This document shows positions 29,103 through 39,148 of a stretch of 64,000 nucleotides of DNA, piece after piece. A program made the translations under genes and the position numbers. Within the stretch, counting starts at the first letter, position 1. Each line of letters starts with the position of its first letter. Source of the stretch: Bacteroidia bacterium (GTDB lineage: Bacteria; Bacteroidota; Bacteroidia; CAIKAF01). The notes under the pieces were generated by a model. It saw only the letters and a program-made list of their open reading frames with translations, did not search any database and was not told the origin of the DNA. The stretch is taken from the NCBI GenBank assembly GCA_016742095.1, contig JACVCJ010000003.1:11250-75249 (forward strand). The letters are read 5' to 3'.

Positions 29103-30353
29103 ATGTATATCCGCACGCTCTTTTTAACCGCCTGTCTCGCCCTGTTTATGCAGGCAAAGGCCCAGACCACTGAAAAATGTCCCGAGCCCGACCTGGTGTT
29201 CGAAGGCATCCTTTCCGATAATTCCAATACGCGTCCGGTGATCCGCGACCTGGAAGGCGATCTGCCCAAAGCCGGCGACCGGGGCGATCTGTATAAAAAG
29301 TTTGAAGAAAAGCTCTTCGGCGGCATTATGACCGGCTGGATCTCCATCGGCTACGTGGCAGTGGTTTCCGCCTCTGCCGGCAGATGCACCCTGAAAGTGC
29401 TGGAAAAAAAGGCCTCCGTAACGGTCGACGGTAAGGATAAGAACCTGTTCGTGGCCGGCCGTACCGTAAAGTTTGAAAAATACAGTCCCGCCACGCCCCA
29501 GCCTTATACCGAACTGTATGAGAACGGACAGGTAAAAATAAAAGGATCTACACTCTGCGGAGTGCTCGTGGGACAGGTCGATTACTTCTACGAGAACGGG
29601 AATCCCAGGGCCAGCTTTACCCTGAACGGGAATGAAGAAAAGAACGGACCTTTTAAAAACTATTACCTTAACGGACAGCTGAAAGAAAGCGGTACCTATA
29701 AAAACGGAAAACGCGACGGGGATTTTGCGGGCTGGTACGAAAATGGTAATAAAGATGTGGAGACCCATTTCACGAACGACGTGCGCACCGGCAGCTATGT
29801 GGAATACGAAGAGAACGGCGACATCAGTTTCCGGGGAAATTATAATGAAAAGGGAAAACAGAGCGGTCTGTGGCAATATTATGAAAAAGGGAAACTGGTA
29901 CGCGAAGGCACTCTGCTGAACGATAAGGAGGACGGCACCTGGAAGTATTACTATGAGAACGGCAGCCTGAAACAGCAGGGCTCCTACAGCGCCGCAGAAC
30001 GCAACGGCGAATGGACCGAATATTACGCAGACGGTGCCAAAAAACGGCTTACGACCTATAACAACGGCCGCCGCGTGGGTCTACAACAGAAATTCTATCC
30101 CAACGGACAGCTGGAAGAATCAGGTACGACCAATACTTCCGGGAAACTGACAGGCTCCCACACCACGTATTACGAAAACGGACAGGTACAGCGGCAGACC
30201 GTTATGAATGAATGGAGTGAGTTACATGGGGAAGCCACTGAGTTTTATCCCGACGGCAAACTGAAAAGCAAAGGCGAGTATATACATGGCCGCAAAACCG
30301 GTATCTGGTTCAGCTACGACGAAAAAGGCAAAAAGAAGAAAGAGAAATTCTGA
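29103..30353 (+). CDS. Exported MORN-variant repeat protein (YwqK-like)
   Basis: Signal peptide, beta-rich N-domain, many G.W..YYENG.L...G.Y repeats. Confidence 0.85.
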   Translation: MYIRTLFLTACLALFMQAKAQTTEKCPEPDLVFEGILSDNSNTRPVIRDLEGDLPKAGDRGDLYKKFEEKLFGGIMTGWISIGYVAVVSASAGRCTLKVLEKKASVTVDGKDKNLFVAGRTVKFEKYSPATPQPYTELYENGQVKIKGSTLCGVLVGQVDYFYENGNPRASFTLNGNEEKNGPFKNYYLNGQLKESGTYKNGKRDGDFAGWYENGNKDVETHFTNDVRTGSYVEYEENGDISFRGNYNEKGKQSGLWQYYEKGKLVREGTLLNDKEDGTWKYYYENGSLKQQGSYSAAERNGEWTEYYADGAKKRLTTYNNGRRVGLQQKFYPNGQLEESGTTNTSGKLTGSHTTYYENGQVQRQTVMNEWSELHGEATEFYPDGKLKSKGEYIHGRKTGIWFSYDEKGKKKKEKF

Positions 30354-30455
30354 TTACACAACTGTACAAAAAATCATTGCCTGTACGAAAAGAGGCATAC
30401 ACGTTTTAGTATATGCCTCCCTGTAATTTAGTATATTTATTGATTATGGTGTTTA

Positions 30456-31481
30456 TTAACCCTTTGGCGTATTACGGCATGCATAAATACGTTCGATGAT
30501 ATCCACGATCTTCAGACCTTCCAAGGCATTCGTAGTAATGCTGCCCTCGCCTTTCAGCGTGTCTACCACGTTCTGTATGATGTGGTGGTGGTTATTGGCA
30601 CTGCCTTTGTAACCGCCATAATCGTTGGCCGGGCCCGTTTCTTCAATGTCGGGCATGCTGTAATTTTCGATATGGCAGTATTCCACCTTGTCCATATACT
30701 GCCCGCCTACTTTTACGCTGCCTTTTTCGCCCACGATGGTCAGACTGCTTTCCATATTGGTGTCCCACACGGCGGTGCTGTAATTCAGGCAGCCCATACC
30801 GCCGTTCACAAAGTCGAAGTTCACGCTGCCGCTGTCTTCAAACGCGGTAAGGTCTTTATGCGCAAAATCGGCAAAACGGCCCTGTATGTTCTTTATATCG
30901 CCGAACAGCCAGTACATAATGTCGATAAAGTGACTGAACTGGGTGAACAGCGTTCCCCCGTCCAGGTCGGCCGTTCCTTTCCAGCCGCCGGGTTTGTAAT
31001 AGCGCGTATCGCGGTTCCAGTAACAGTTGATCTGCACCATGTACACTTTGCCCAGCACGCCGCTGTCCATCACGCTTTTGAGCCAGCGCGCCGGCGGACT
31101 GAATCGGTTCTGCATCACCGCGAACACCTGGCGGTGGCGGTTCAGCGCGGTATAGATCACGTTCTCGCACTCGGCGCGGGTAAGTCCCATAGGCTTTTCC
31201 ACCACGATATGGCGACCCGAGTTCAGGGCGGCCACGCTGTGTTTCGCATGCAGACCGTTGGGCGTGCAGATGTTCACCACATCGAATTCCAGCCCGCTGT
31301 TCAGCATTTCTCCGGCGTCCGTAAAATACGGCTCACTGATGTCCGTACAGCCGGTCTGTTCCTTGGTACGCACATCACATACGGCTACCAGCTCGCAGTC
31401 CGGGTTGCGGCGCACCATTTCGGCATGGCGCTTCCCGATATGTCCCTGGCCGATCACGGCAAATTTTATCTTCGTACTCAT
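30456..31481 (-). CDS. Gfo/Idh/MocA oxidoreductase (WbpB-like)
   Basis: GQGHIG, ICTPNGLH, VEKPM, DGGTLFTQFSHFID. Confidence 0.88.
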   Translation of the reverse strand: MSTKIKFAVIGQGHIGKRHAEMVRRNPDCELVAVCDVRTKEQTGCTDISEPYFTDAGEMLNSGLEFDVVNICTPNGLHAKHSVAALNSGRHIVVEKPMGLTRAECENVIYTALNRHRQVFAVMQNRFSPPARWLKSVMDSGVLGKVYMVQINCYWNRDTRYYKPGGWKGTADLDGGTLFTQFSHFIDIMYWLFGDIKNIQGRFADFAHKDLTAFEDSGSVNFDFVNGGMGCLNYSTAVWDTNMESSLTIVGEKGSVKVGGQYMDKVEYCHIENYSMPDIEETGPANDYGGYKGSANNHHHIIQNVVDTLKGEGSITTNALEGLKIVDIIERIYACRNTPKG

Positions 31482-32059
31482 TCCGTTATTTTACTTACGA
31501 TCCCGTTATCCATACGATAGCGGAAGCCACTTTCGGAGCATACCGCCTCGTTATTTGCGTCAAACTGCAGTTTTTGTCCGTGCTCGCTCATGTAGCCCCC
31601 GTGGCGTGCAGGGTTCCCATAGATAAGCTCGTAGGGCCGCACGTCTTTGGTAACCACCGAACCGGCACCGATAAAACCGAACTCACCGATGGTAATTCCG
31701 CATACCACCGTAGCATTGGCCCCGATGGACGCACCTTTTTTTACCAGGGTGGTCTTGTATTCATTCTTGCGGTTTACGGCGCTGCGCGGATTGATCACAT
31801 TGGTGAACACCATGCTGGGACCCAGGAAAACATCGTCTTCGCAGATCACGCCCGTATATACGCTTACGTTGTTCTGAATTTTTACATTATTGCCCAGTTT
31901 TACGCCGGGCGATATCACCACGTTCTGGCCGATATTGCAGTTCTCGCCCATTTCACTGTTGGGCATCACATGCGAAAAATGCCAGATCCTGGTGCCTTTG
32001 CCGATGATGCAGCCCTCGTCGATGTACGACGATTCGTGTGCAAAATATTCTTTTTCCAT
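31478..32059 (-). CDS. Hexapeptide-repeat N-acetyltransferase (WbpD-like)
   Basis: IWHFSHV, KIQNNVSVY, GPSMVFTNVINPRS, GNPAR. Confidence 0.92.
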   Translation of the reverse strand: MEKEYFAHESSYIDEGCIIGKGTRIWHFSHVMPNSEMGENCNIGQNVVISPGVKLGNNVKIQNNVSVYTGVICEDDVFLGPSMVFTNVINPRSAVNRKNEYKTTLVKKGASIGANATVVCGITIGEFGFIGAGSVVTKDVRPYELIYGNPARHGGYMSEHGQKLQFDANNEAVCSESGFRYRMDNGIVSKITE

Positions 32060-33193
32060 CTATCTGTTCACGTATTCAAGTACCGAATCGCTGATGAATT
32101 TCAGCTGTTCTTCATCCAGCTCGGTATGCATAGGTAATGAAATTACACGTTTGCTCAGTTCTTCGGCAACGGGCAGATCGCCGTCCTTATAACCGCGCAG
32201 GTTGTAGGCCTTCTGGAAATGCTGCGGCACCGGGTAGTACACCTTGCTGGGCACGCCTTTTTCCTTCAGGAAGTTTTCCAGTCCGTCGCGGTCCAGCGAA
32301 GCGTCCAGCGTAAGCGTATACTGATGGAACACATGATCGCTGTATGCGGCGCGGAATGGCGTTTTGATCTTCGGACTGGCGGCAAAGGCCCGGTCGTAAT
32401 GATCGGCGGCTTTGTTGCGGCTGGCGCTGTACCCGTCCAGCAGGGGCAGTTTTACGCGCAGTACGGCAGCCTGAATGGTGTCCAGGCGGGAGTTCACGCC
32501 TACTACATCGTGGTAGTACAGGCGGCTCTGACCGTGGTTGGCGATGGAGCGCAGCGCAGCGGTCAGTTTTTCATCGTTACAGAAAATAGCGCCGCCGTCG
32601 CCGTAGCAACCCAGGTTCTTGCTGGGGAAGAACGAGGTGCAGCCGACGGTACCCATGGTGCCCGCTTTGGCCTTACGTCCGTCGCTGAAGGTATATTCCG
32701 CGCCGATGGCCTGGGCCGTATCTTCGATCACAAACAGGTTGTGACGTTTGGCAATATCGAGTATCTTTTCCATATCGGCACACTGTCCGTAAAGGTGTAC
32801 GGGTACAATGGCCTTTGTTTTGGGGCTGATGGCCGCTTCGATCTTGGTTACGTCTATATTAAAGGTGTCGGGATCGCTGTCCACGAACACGGGCGTCAGT
32901 TTCAGCAGGGCGATCACCTCACAGGTGGCGGCATAGGTAAAGGAAGGGGTGATCACTTCATCGCCGGGTTGCAGGTCCAGCGCCATCATAGCGATCTGCA
33001 GGGCATCGGTACCATTGGCACAGGGTATCACCTGCGTACCGCCCAGGTACTGAGAGAGCTCGGTGGCCAGTTCCTTTACATCGGGCCCGTTAATGAAAGC
33101 GGTACTGCGGATCACGCCCAGCACGGCCTCATCGATCTTACTCTGTATATGTGCATACTGACCCTTCAGGTCAACCATCTGTATACTTTTCAT
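32060..33193 (-). CDS. DegT/DnrJ/EryC1/StrS aminotransferase (WbpE-like)
   Basis: ANGTDAL, PVHLYGQ, EDTAQA, SFFPSKNLGCYGDGG, NSRLD. Confidence 0.93.
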   Translation of the reverse strand: MKSIQMVDLKGQYAHIQSKIDEAVLGVIRSTAFINGPDVKELATELSQYLGGTQVIPCANGTDALQIAMMALDLQPGDEVITPSFTYAATCEVIALLKLTPVFVDSDPDTFNIDVTKIEAAISPKTKAIVPVHLYGQCADMEKILDIAKRHNLFVIEDTAQAIGAEYTFSDGRKAKAGTMGTVGCTSFFPSKNLGCYGDGGAIFCNDEKLTAALRSIANHGQSRLYYHDVVGVNSRLDTIQAAVLRVKLPLLDGYSASRNKAADHYDRAFAASPKIKTPFRAAYSDHVFHQYTLTLDASLDRDGLENFLKEKGVPSKVYYPVPQHFQKAYNLRGYKDGDLPVAEELSKRVISLPMHTELDEEQLKFISDSVLEYVNR

Positions 33194-33358
33194 CTATTTT
33201 GCTGAAATTTGAATGCGAAGGTAGTAAATTATTGAGCAGGGTAAAATTAAGTTCCGCCGCGGCCGTTTATGTCCCCGGCGCCCGCAGTTCCGATAAAGGC
33301 CCTGAATTGTAGGCGAAAAAAAGAAAAATTAATCTTTACTTTGTTCACGTAAAGGAAT

Positions 33359-34132
33359 ATGAAAAATTTATCCGTCATCCTGCTTTTTATGGCCCTGACC
33401 TTCAGTGTACAGGCCCAGACCAGCAAACGCACCCGCACTTCCAACGTACGCGACACCAGTGTGGCCATCACCATGGTACGCCCCCAGGCCGCTTTTATAC
33501 TGCCCATGGGCGAACTGATGGACCGTACCGGTTTTTTCTATACCGTGGGCGGCAGTATACTCACCAAGACCGCTTCGCAGTGGATGTTCGGTGCAGAAGG
33601 CTGCTTTTACAACGGTAATATCATCCGGGAACCGGGGCACCTGCAGAACCTGCTTACCTCCGAGGGTGGCCTTATTGCCCAGAGCGGCGAGTTCGGCGAT
33701 GTGAACCGTTTCTTCCGCGGATTCTCCTTTTCGGCCCTGTTCGGACGGCTTTTTCCCGTAGGTAAGCCCAATATGAACAGCGGTTTTTACGTGACCTTCG
33801 GCCTGGGATACATACAACACAAGATCCGCACCGAGGTACGCGGCAACAACGTATGGCCCCTGAACGGCGATTATAAAAAAGGCTACGACCGGCTGAGCGG
33901 CGGCTTTATGCTCTCGCAGTTCGCCGGCTACCAGTACATCAACAACAAACGCACCATTACCTTTTTTGCCGGACTGGAACTGAACCAGGCCCTCGTAAAA
34001 AGCTACAGAGGTTTCAATTACGATACACAAGAGATCGACAACCGCTGGAAGTTCAACGGTATGTTCTCCGTAAAAGGAGGCTGGCTCTTCAATATATACC
34101 ACAGAAAACAAACCAAGGAATACTGGAAATAA
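33359..34132 (+). CDS. Hypothetical outer-membrane beta-barrel protein
   Basis: Signal peptide, amphipathic strands, GYIQHKIR, GYDRLSGG. Confidence 0.7.
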   Translation: MKNLSVILLFMALTFSVQAQTSKRTRTSNVRDTSVAITMVRPQAAFILPMGELMDRTGFFYTVGGSILTKTASQWMFGAEGCFYNGNIIREPGHLQNLLTSEGGLIAQSGEFGDVNRFFRGFSFSALFGRLFPVGKPNMNSGFYVTFGLGYIQHKIRTEVRGNNVWPLNGDYKKGYDRLSGGFMLSQFAGYQYINNKRTITFFAGLELNQALVKSYRGFNYDTQEIDNRWKFNGMFSVKGGWLFNIYHRKQTKEYWK

Positions 34133-34158
34133 CCTGAAAACCTGTACGAAAAACACCC

Positions 34159-34923
34159 ATGAATAAAAAAGGAACCACCATTGCCATCATTGCCCTGCTG
34201 CTGCTGAACCTCGGTACCATTGGCGTACTGCTTATGGTAAAGGCCAAAGCCGAAAAACGACTTACGAATGCCTCCGGCTTCCTGCGCGAGCTGGGCGAAC
34301 AGAGCATCGACCACCTGGTGCAGGTACGCGATACCATCGACGTGGAGACGGAGATCAGCATTACCGAACCCGTACCCGTGGACATCGACATGCTGGTGCG
34401 GGACAAGATCCCCGTACGCATGATGGTGGACGTGAACGATAAAATGACCGTGCCCGTTTCCCTGAACATCGACGAAACGGTAGACGTGGACACCAACATT
34501 ACCCTGCCCGACCCTGTGGAAGTGCAGGCCAATACCGTGATCCCCGTGAACCAGAAATTTATATGGCTCTGGAGTAAAAAAGGCGGCCCCAAAATGAAGA
34601 TCAAGGCCGATATACCGCTGGACCAGAAACTGAAGATATCCTTCACCGATCCGCTGCGCTTCAAAAGCGCCATTCCCGTGCGTTTTACCCTGAACGACGA
34701 ACTGCCGGTAGACCTGAAACTGAACATACCGGTAGACCAGAAGATCGACCTGGAACTGAAGATCGACCAGAAGGCCATCGTGGGCTTCCCCTACAACCTG
34801 AAGATGAAGGGAAAAATTCCGATCATTATGGACATTCCCGTGCATATTCCCCTGCGCGATACGCCCATTAAAAAATACCTGGATAAGACCGCCGACGAGC
34901 TCGACGACATGTTATCCTTTTAA
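34159..34923 (+). CDS. Membrane-anchored hypothetical protein with long alternating beta-strand repeats
   Basis: N-terminal TM, then ~175 aa of alternating V/I/L and polar residues with recurring IPV/VPV. Confidence 0.7.
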   Translation: MNKKGTTIAIIALLLLNLGTIGVLLMVKAKAEKRLTNASGFLRELGEQSIDHLVQVRDTIDVETEISITEPVPVDIDMLVRDKIPVRMMVDVNDKMTVPVSLNIDETVDVDTNITLPDPVEVQANTVIPVNQKFIWLWSKKGGPKMKIKADIPLDQKLKISFTDPLRFKSAIPVRFTLNDELPVDLKLNIPVDQKIDLELKIDQKAIVGFPYNLKMKGKIPIIMDIPVHIPLRDTPIKKYLDKTADELDDMLSF

Positions 34924-34937
34924 ATACATTAACCATT

Positions 34938-35900
34938 ATGATGCATATACGTATTTCGCTTTTTGCCTTTCTCCTGCTTTGCAGCAGTGCCTTTGCCCAG
35001 AAATCACCCATTAAGGAGCGTAACTGGCGGCAGGCCACGGGTCAGGGACGTTTGTTCGGCACACTGGCCGTTCCGCGCGAAGGCAAGGCAAATACCCTCT
35101 GCATCATTGTGCCGGGCAGCGGCCCTACCAACCGCAACGGCAATTCGGGCGTATTTGTATACGCAAATTCCTACAAAATGCTGTCGGATTCCCTCGTTAT
35201 GAACGGTTACGCCGTACTGCGCTACGATAAAAGAGGCGTGGGCGAAAGCGTATATGCCTTTACCAATGAAACGGAACTGACCTTTCCGCTGTATTGTGAG
35301 GACCTGGGGCAGGTGATCCGCGGACAGCGCAGGGACGGGCATTTCTCAAAGATCGTGCTCATCGGGCACAGTGAAGGTTCCACCGTATCCCTGATGGCCG
35401 CTCTCAAAGATACGGTAGACGGTTTTGTTTCGCTCTGCGGTCCGGGCCGTTCCGCTGATTCACTCATCCTGACCCAGCTCCGTACCCAGCCCCTGAAAGT
35501 ACGCGAAGAGGCCGAAATGATTATCCGCACCATCAACAACGGCGAAAGTATGCCCAGGGTGTCCGAAAGCCTGCAATCGCTCTTCCGGCCGTCGATACAG
35601 CCTTACCTGCGCAGCTGGTTCGCTGTAAAACCCTATGTAGAAATCGCAAAACTCTCCTGCCCCGTGCTTATCGTACAGGGAAATACGGATATACAGGTAG
35701 CCGTTTCGGAAGGCGAACGCCTGAAAGCCGCGCGCCCTTCGGCAGAACTGATCACCATAGACCAGATGAACCACGTACTGAAAACGGCCCCGGAAGACGG
35801 CCCCAGGAATATACGCACTTACGGCGATCCCTATATGCCGCTCAACAAAGGCCTGATGCCGGCCCTGCTGCCCTTCCTGAAAAATATCTCTTCGAAATAG
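34938..35900 (+). CDS. Exported alpha/beta hydrolase
   Basis: PGSGPTNRNGN, RYDKRGVGES, GHSEG, G.TDIQV, MNHVLK. Confidence 0.9.
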   Translation: MMHIRISLFAFLLLCSSAFAQKSPIKERNWRQATGQGRLFGTLAVPREGKANTLCIIVPGSGPTNRNGNSGVFVYANSYKMLSDSLVMNGYAVLRYDKRGVGESVYAFTNETELTFPLYCEDLGQVIRGQRRDGHFSKIVLIGHSEGSTVSLMAALKDTVDGFVSLCGPGRSADSLILTQLRTQPLKVREEAEMIIRTINNGESMPRVSESLQSLFRPSIQPYLRSWFAVKPYVEIAKLSCPVLIVQGNTDIQVAVSEGERLKAARPSAELITIDQMNHVLKTAPEDGPRNIRTYGDPYMPLNKGLMPALLPFLKNISSK

Positions 35901-35903
35901 ATC

Positions 35904-36740
35904 TTAGAATGCCTGCAGATGCAGACCGGCCGTCCAGGGGAATAAAGAAGGCCCGTTGCGGAACGATTCGGTAAGTCCTACCCGCCCGTAAATACTGATG
36001 ATATACCAGCGCACGCGCAGTTCTGCGTCCACGCGGAATCGGCGCAGCAGAAAATCGTCGCGGCGCAGTTCGCGGATACGGTCGCCATCCTGCGTATATA
36101 CATGACGTGCATTGCTGCCGATACGTACGCTGCCCACGGCCCCGAACGTAACGTTCACCTGTTTTTTATGCTCCCAGGTGCGGCGCGTGCGGAAATTGAA
36201 CATGAGTGGCAAGGTAACGTACGACGCCTGCAGACGGCTGCGCAGGATATTTTTGGTGCCGGTATTTACATCGGTGAGGATCGGATCGCCGGGGTTCAGA
36301 GGCCCCAGGTCGTCGGTCTCCCGCAGGATGATCTTACGTTCGAAACTGTAATTGTACCAGTCGATGCCCATACCCGTCATGATATTGACGGTACGTTTGC
36401 GGTTGAGCCTGAACTTGGCTTCCCACACGTTGAGGCCGATCCGCCAGGAACGCGGGATACTGGTCTCCATAAAATCGTAGGCGCCCTGGGGCTGTGCGTA
36501 TCCGCCGGGCATGGAGATCCAGCTGCAGAGGCCCACGTCTATACCTATCCATACCAGGTTGTTCCAGCGATAGGGCTGTTTGGGATCGGGGCTGGCCGGA
36601 CGGGCCGGGTTCAGGATCAGGAAACGGGTCTCTCCCACGCGTAGTTTTATGGTATCTCTCTGCGCAGAAAGGGTTCCCAGTGATCCCAGCAGGCAAAGGA
36701 CCAGTAAAAATGCATTTGCTTTTTTCAGCATACCAGGCAA
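35904..36740 (-). CDS. Outer-membrane beta-barrel (porin family) protein
   Basis: Signal peptide, GIDWYNYSF, YVTLPLMFNF, C-terminal Phe. Confidence 0.75.
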   Translation of the reverse strand: MPGMLKKANAFLLVLCLLGSLGTLSAQRDTIKLRVGETRFLILNPARPASPDPKQPYRWNNLVWIGIDVGLCSWISMPGGYAQPQGAYDFMETSIPRSWRIGLNVWEAKFRLNRKRTVNIMTGMGIDWYNYSFERKIILRETDDLGPLNPGDPILTDVNTGTKNILRSRLQASYVTLPLMFNFRTRRTWEHKKQVNVTFGAVGSVRIGSNARHVYTQDGDRIRELRRDDFLLRRFRVDAELRVRWYIISIYGRVGLTESFRNGPSLFPWTAGLHLQAF

Positions 36741-36745
36741 TTATT

Positions 36746-37825
36746 TTATTTAACGGCGAATTCCGCCTCTACTGCCTTGGAATAGAAATATACTTTTTGC
36801 TTACCTTCTTTATCGGGTTTATCCGTAACCATGCGGGTATCTTTCTTATCCAAAACACCGCCTAAGGTAACAATAGTGCTCAGAACATCAATAAAACGGG
36901 GTTTCTTTCTGCCGCTGTTGGCCAGCTGCAGGTCAAAAGGCGCTTCGTTCTCCAGCGGTTTCACCGGCGAGAAACGGGTACCTTCCGCAGCGGGGTTCTG
37001 CATCACCGAGGCCATCTGCATCTGTGGTTTTTCCACCAGCAGGGAGGGCGCCTGTGTACTGAGTTCCGGAACGGGAAGCTCTATTTTCTCATCCAGCGAG
37101 GCCAGGGAGGCATTCGACACGGCATTACGCACTTCCGGACCGGCGGCGCTCTGTACGTATACGATCCGCTCAGCCACCGGCATGTCCTGGGGCAGGCGGT
37201 TCCACTGTTCTTCCAGCAGGGCCAGGGCTTTTTCCTCCGAACGGGCTTCGATCAGGGAAGACACTTTCTGTACCCATTCGGTACCCGGCTGCGACTGAAT
37301 GACCACCGTGGGTGCATTGCTGCGCTGCAGGGAATATCCCAGCCAGAACACCATGGCCGCGGCGGCGGCGCCGGAAACATATTTAAAGGAACCTGCCAGG
37401 AAACCGATGCGCAGGCCGCTTTTCTTCAGGGATCTTTTATCGGGGAACACTTCGTTGTCCGGACGTACGCGGGCAGCTTCCAGCAGGCGGAGCTCCTTCT
37501 GCAGTTCGGGACTCTGTGCCAGCTGACTTTCCAGGGCCAGGGTCTCTTCAAAACCCAGGGTGCCTTCGGTATATTCGAACAGGGAACGAATATCCGCAGC
37601 CTGTTCCGCGGGCATCACCATTTCGGTCTTATGCAGCGAAGCGGTGTCCAGTATAAAAGGATCGGCCTCGATCTTTATTTTAGAGGCCTCGAGAAAGTCG
37701 AGGAATTCGTCCTGCAGATCGCCGTTCTGCACCAGGAATGCGCGCAGAACGCCCTTCTCGTTGTCCGAGAGTTTATTATCGGCATAGTCGATAAACCATA
37801 ATATGTAATTTTCCCTGCTGATCAT
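36746..37825 (-). CDS. Putative anti-sigma factor
   Basis: ISRENY..WFIDY.DN.LS anti-sigma-like N-domain (duplicated), FPDK.SLKK, single TM; directly after ECF sigma. Confidence 0.78.
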   Translation of the reverse strand: MISRENYILWFIDYADNKLSDNEKGVLRAFLVQNGDLQDEFLDFLEASKIKIEADPFILDTASLHKTEMVMPAEQAADIRSLFEYTEGTLGFEETLALESQLAQSPELQKELRLLEAARVRPDNEVFPDKRSLKKSGLRIGFLAGSFKYVSGAAAAAMVFWLGYSLQRSNAPTVVIQSQPGTEWVQKVSSLIEARSEEKALALLEEQWNRLPQDMPVAERIVYVQSAAGPEVRNAVSNASLASLDEKIELPVPELSTQAPSLLVEKPQMQMASVMQNPAAEGTRFSPVKPLENEAPFDLQLANSGRKKPRFIDVLSTIVTLGGVLDKKDTRMVTDKPDKEGKQKVYFYSKAVEAEFAVK

Positions 37826-37827
37826 GG

Positions 37828-38313
37828 TTACAGTACAATATCGAGTTTTGAAATATATTCTTTAATGGCCATTCTGCCGCGGTAGATGTACACTTTTACC
37901 TGGCTTTCGCTCAGGCCGGTGATCTCTCCGATATCCTCGTAGGAATAGCCTTCCAGGTCGCGTAGAGTAATTACGGCCTTCTGGGCTTCCGGCAGGGTGT
38001 TCAGCGCGGCGTCCACCACTTCCTTTACGTCGCTGTACTGCTGTTCGTGGTACAGGCTCTGTTTGGGAGCGGCTTCTTCGGGCATCACGTATTTGCGTTT
38101 GCGTGTATAGTCGATCAGTGTGCGGTAAGCGGCCGTAAAAAGATACGATTTCGATTTCTCGAAACTGATATCTTCATGGCGCACCCACATTTTTTCAAAG
38201 GTGTCCTGCACAATGTCCTTGGCGGCTTCCTGGTCCCGGATATTCTTCAGGATGAAGCGGAAAACCGCGTCGGCATGGGTATCCACGCATATGTTGTATT
38301 CTTTCGCAGTCAT
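37828..38313 (-). CDS. ECF RNA polymerase sigma factor
   Basis: AKDIVQDTFEKMW, LRDLEGYSYEDIGEI, VKVYIYRGR. Confidence 0.93.
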   Translation of the reverse strand: MTAKEYNICVDTHADAVFRFILKNIRDQEAAKDIVQDTFEKMWVRHEDISFEKSKSYLFTAAYRTLIDYTRKRKYVMPEEAAPKQSLYHEQQYSDVKEVVDAALNTLPEAQKAVITLRDLEGYSYEDIGEITGLSESQVKVYIYRGRMAIKEYISKLDIVL

Positions 38314-38434
38314 GTTTTATTGGTCAGACTCGTATTTAGGACGCACGAAATCAGGAAAATGTTACAAAGTTCCGCTTTTTTTCACAGATAGCCCAAAAAT
38401 TGTATCTTTCCCGACACAAAACCTTAATAAAAGT

Positions 38435-38974
38435 ATGAAAACTCTCCGCAAAATCCTGATCTGGCTGTTCGCTATTATCGCAGTCATCGTTATCGTGGGC
38501 CTGTTCATCCCGGGTAAAGTGCATGTAGAACGTTCGTCAGCCATGAATGCCCCTGTGGAAAAAGTATTCCCGCTGGTGGCCGATATGCAGAACTGGCCTT
38601 CCTGGTCGCCCTGGCACAAGATGGACCCCAATATGAAGATCACCTACTTTGGCCCGCAGATGGGGCCGGGCGCGGGGTATTCCTGGACCAGCGAAAAAAT
38701 GGGCAACGGCAAAATGACCATTAAAGGCTACGAGGAAAACAAAGCGCTGGTGACCGAAATGGACTTTATGGAAAACGGCATTGCCACGGGCGGTTTTAAC
38801 TTTACCCCCGAAGGCAGCGGCACCAAAGTGACCTGGTACATGGACTCGGACGTAAAACAGGGCAATGTGTTCATGAAAGCCCTGGGCGGCTATTTCGGCC
38901 TGATGTTCAAGAGCATGATCGCCGACGACTTCGATAAAGGCCTGGCCGATATGAAGAAAGAGGCCGAGAAGTAA
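38435..38974 (+). CDS. SRPBCC family protein
   Basis: N-terminal anchor, VERS..MNAPVEKVF, W.SWSPW..MDP, FDKGLADMK. Confidence 0.88.
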   Translation: MKTLRKILIWLFAIIAVIVIVGLFIPGKVHVERSSAMNAPVEKVFPLVADMQNWPSWSPWHKMDPNMKITYFGPQMGPGAGYSWTSEKMGNGKMTIKGYEENKALVTEMDFMENGIATGGFNFTPEGSGTKVTWYMDSDVKQGNVFMKALGGYFGLMFKSMIADDFDKGLADMKKEAEK

Positions 38975-38999
38975 ACCTCACTGTTAGAGAAAAAACATA

Positions 39000-39029
39000 C
39001 GCCGTTCCGGGAAACCGGGACGGCTTTTT
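39000..39029 (+). terminator. Intrinsic terminator
   Basis: GCCGTTCCGG gaaa CCGGGACGGC TTTTT. Confidence 0.8.
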
Positions 39030-39148
39030 CACTTTCCGGCCGGGCAACCCGCAGCTGAAAAGCGCTGATATCCCGAAAAAGGACGTTCCAAAGCTCCGGC
39101 TCGTCTAAATTCTTTCCCCATGCGCTGTAAAACGGCTACGTTTATTCT

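Noticed and set aside
29103-30353. YwqK-like protein as a toxin-antitoxin component
   Set aside because: The label reflects MORN-variant repeats; the protein has a signal peptide and no adjacent toxin
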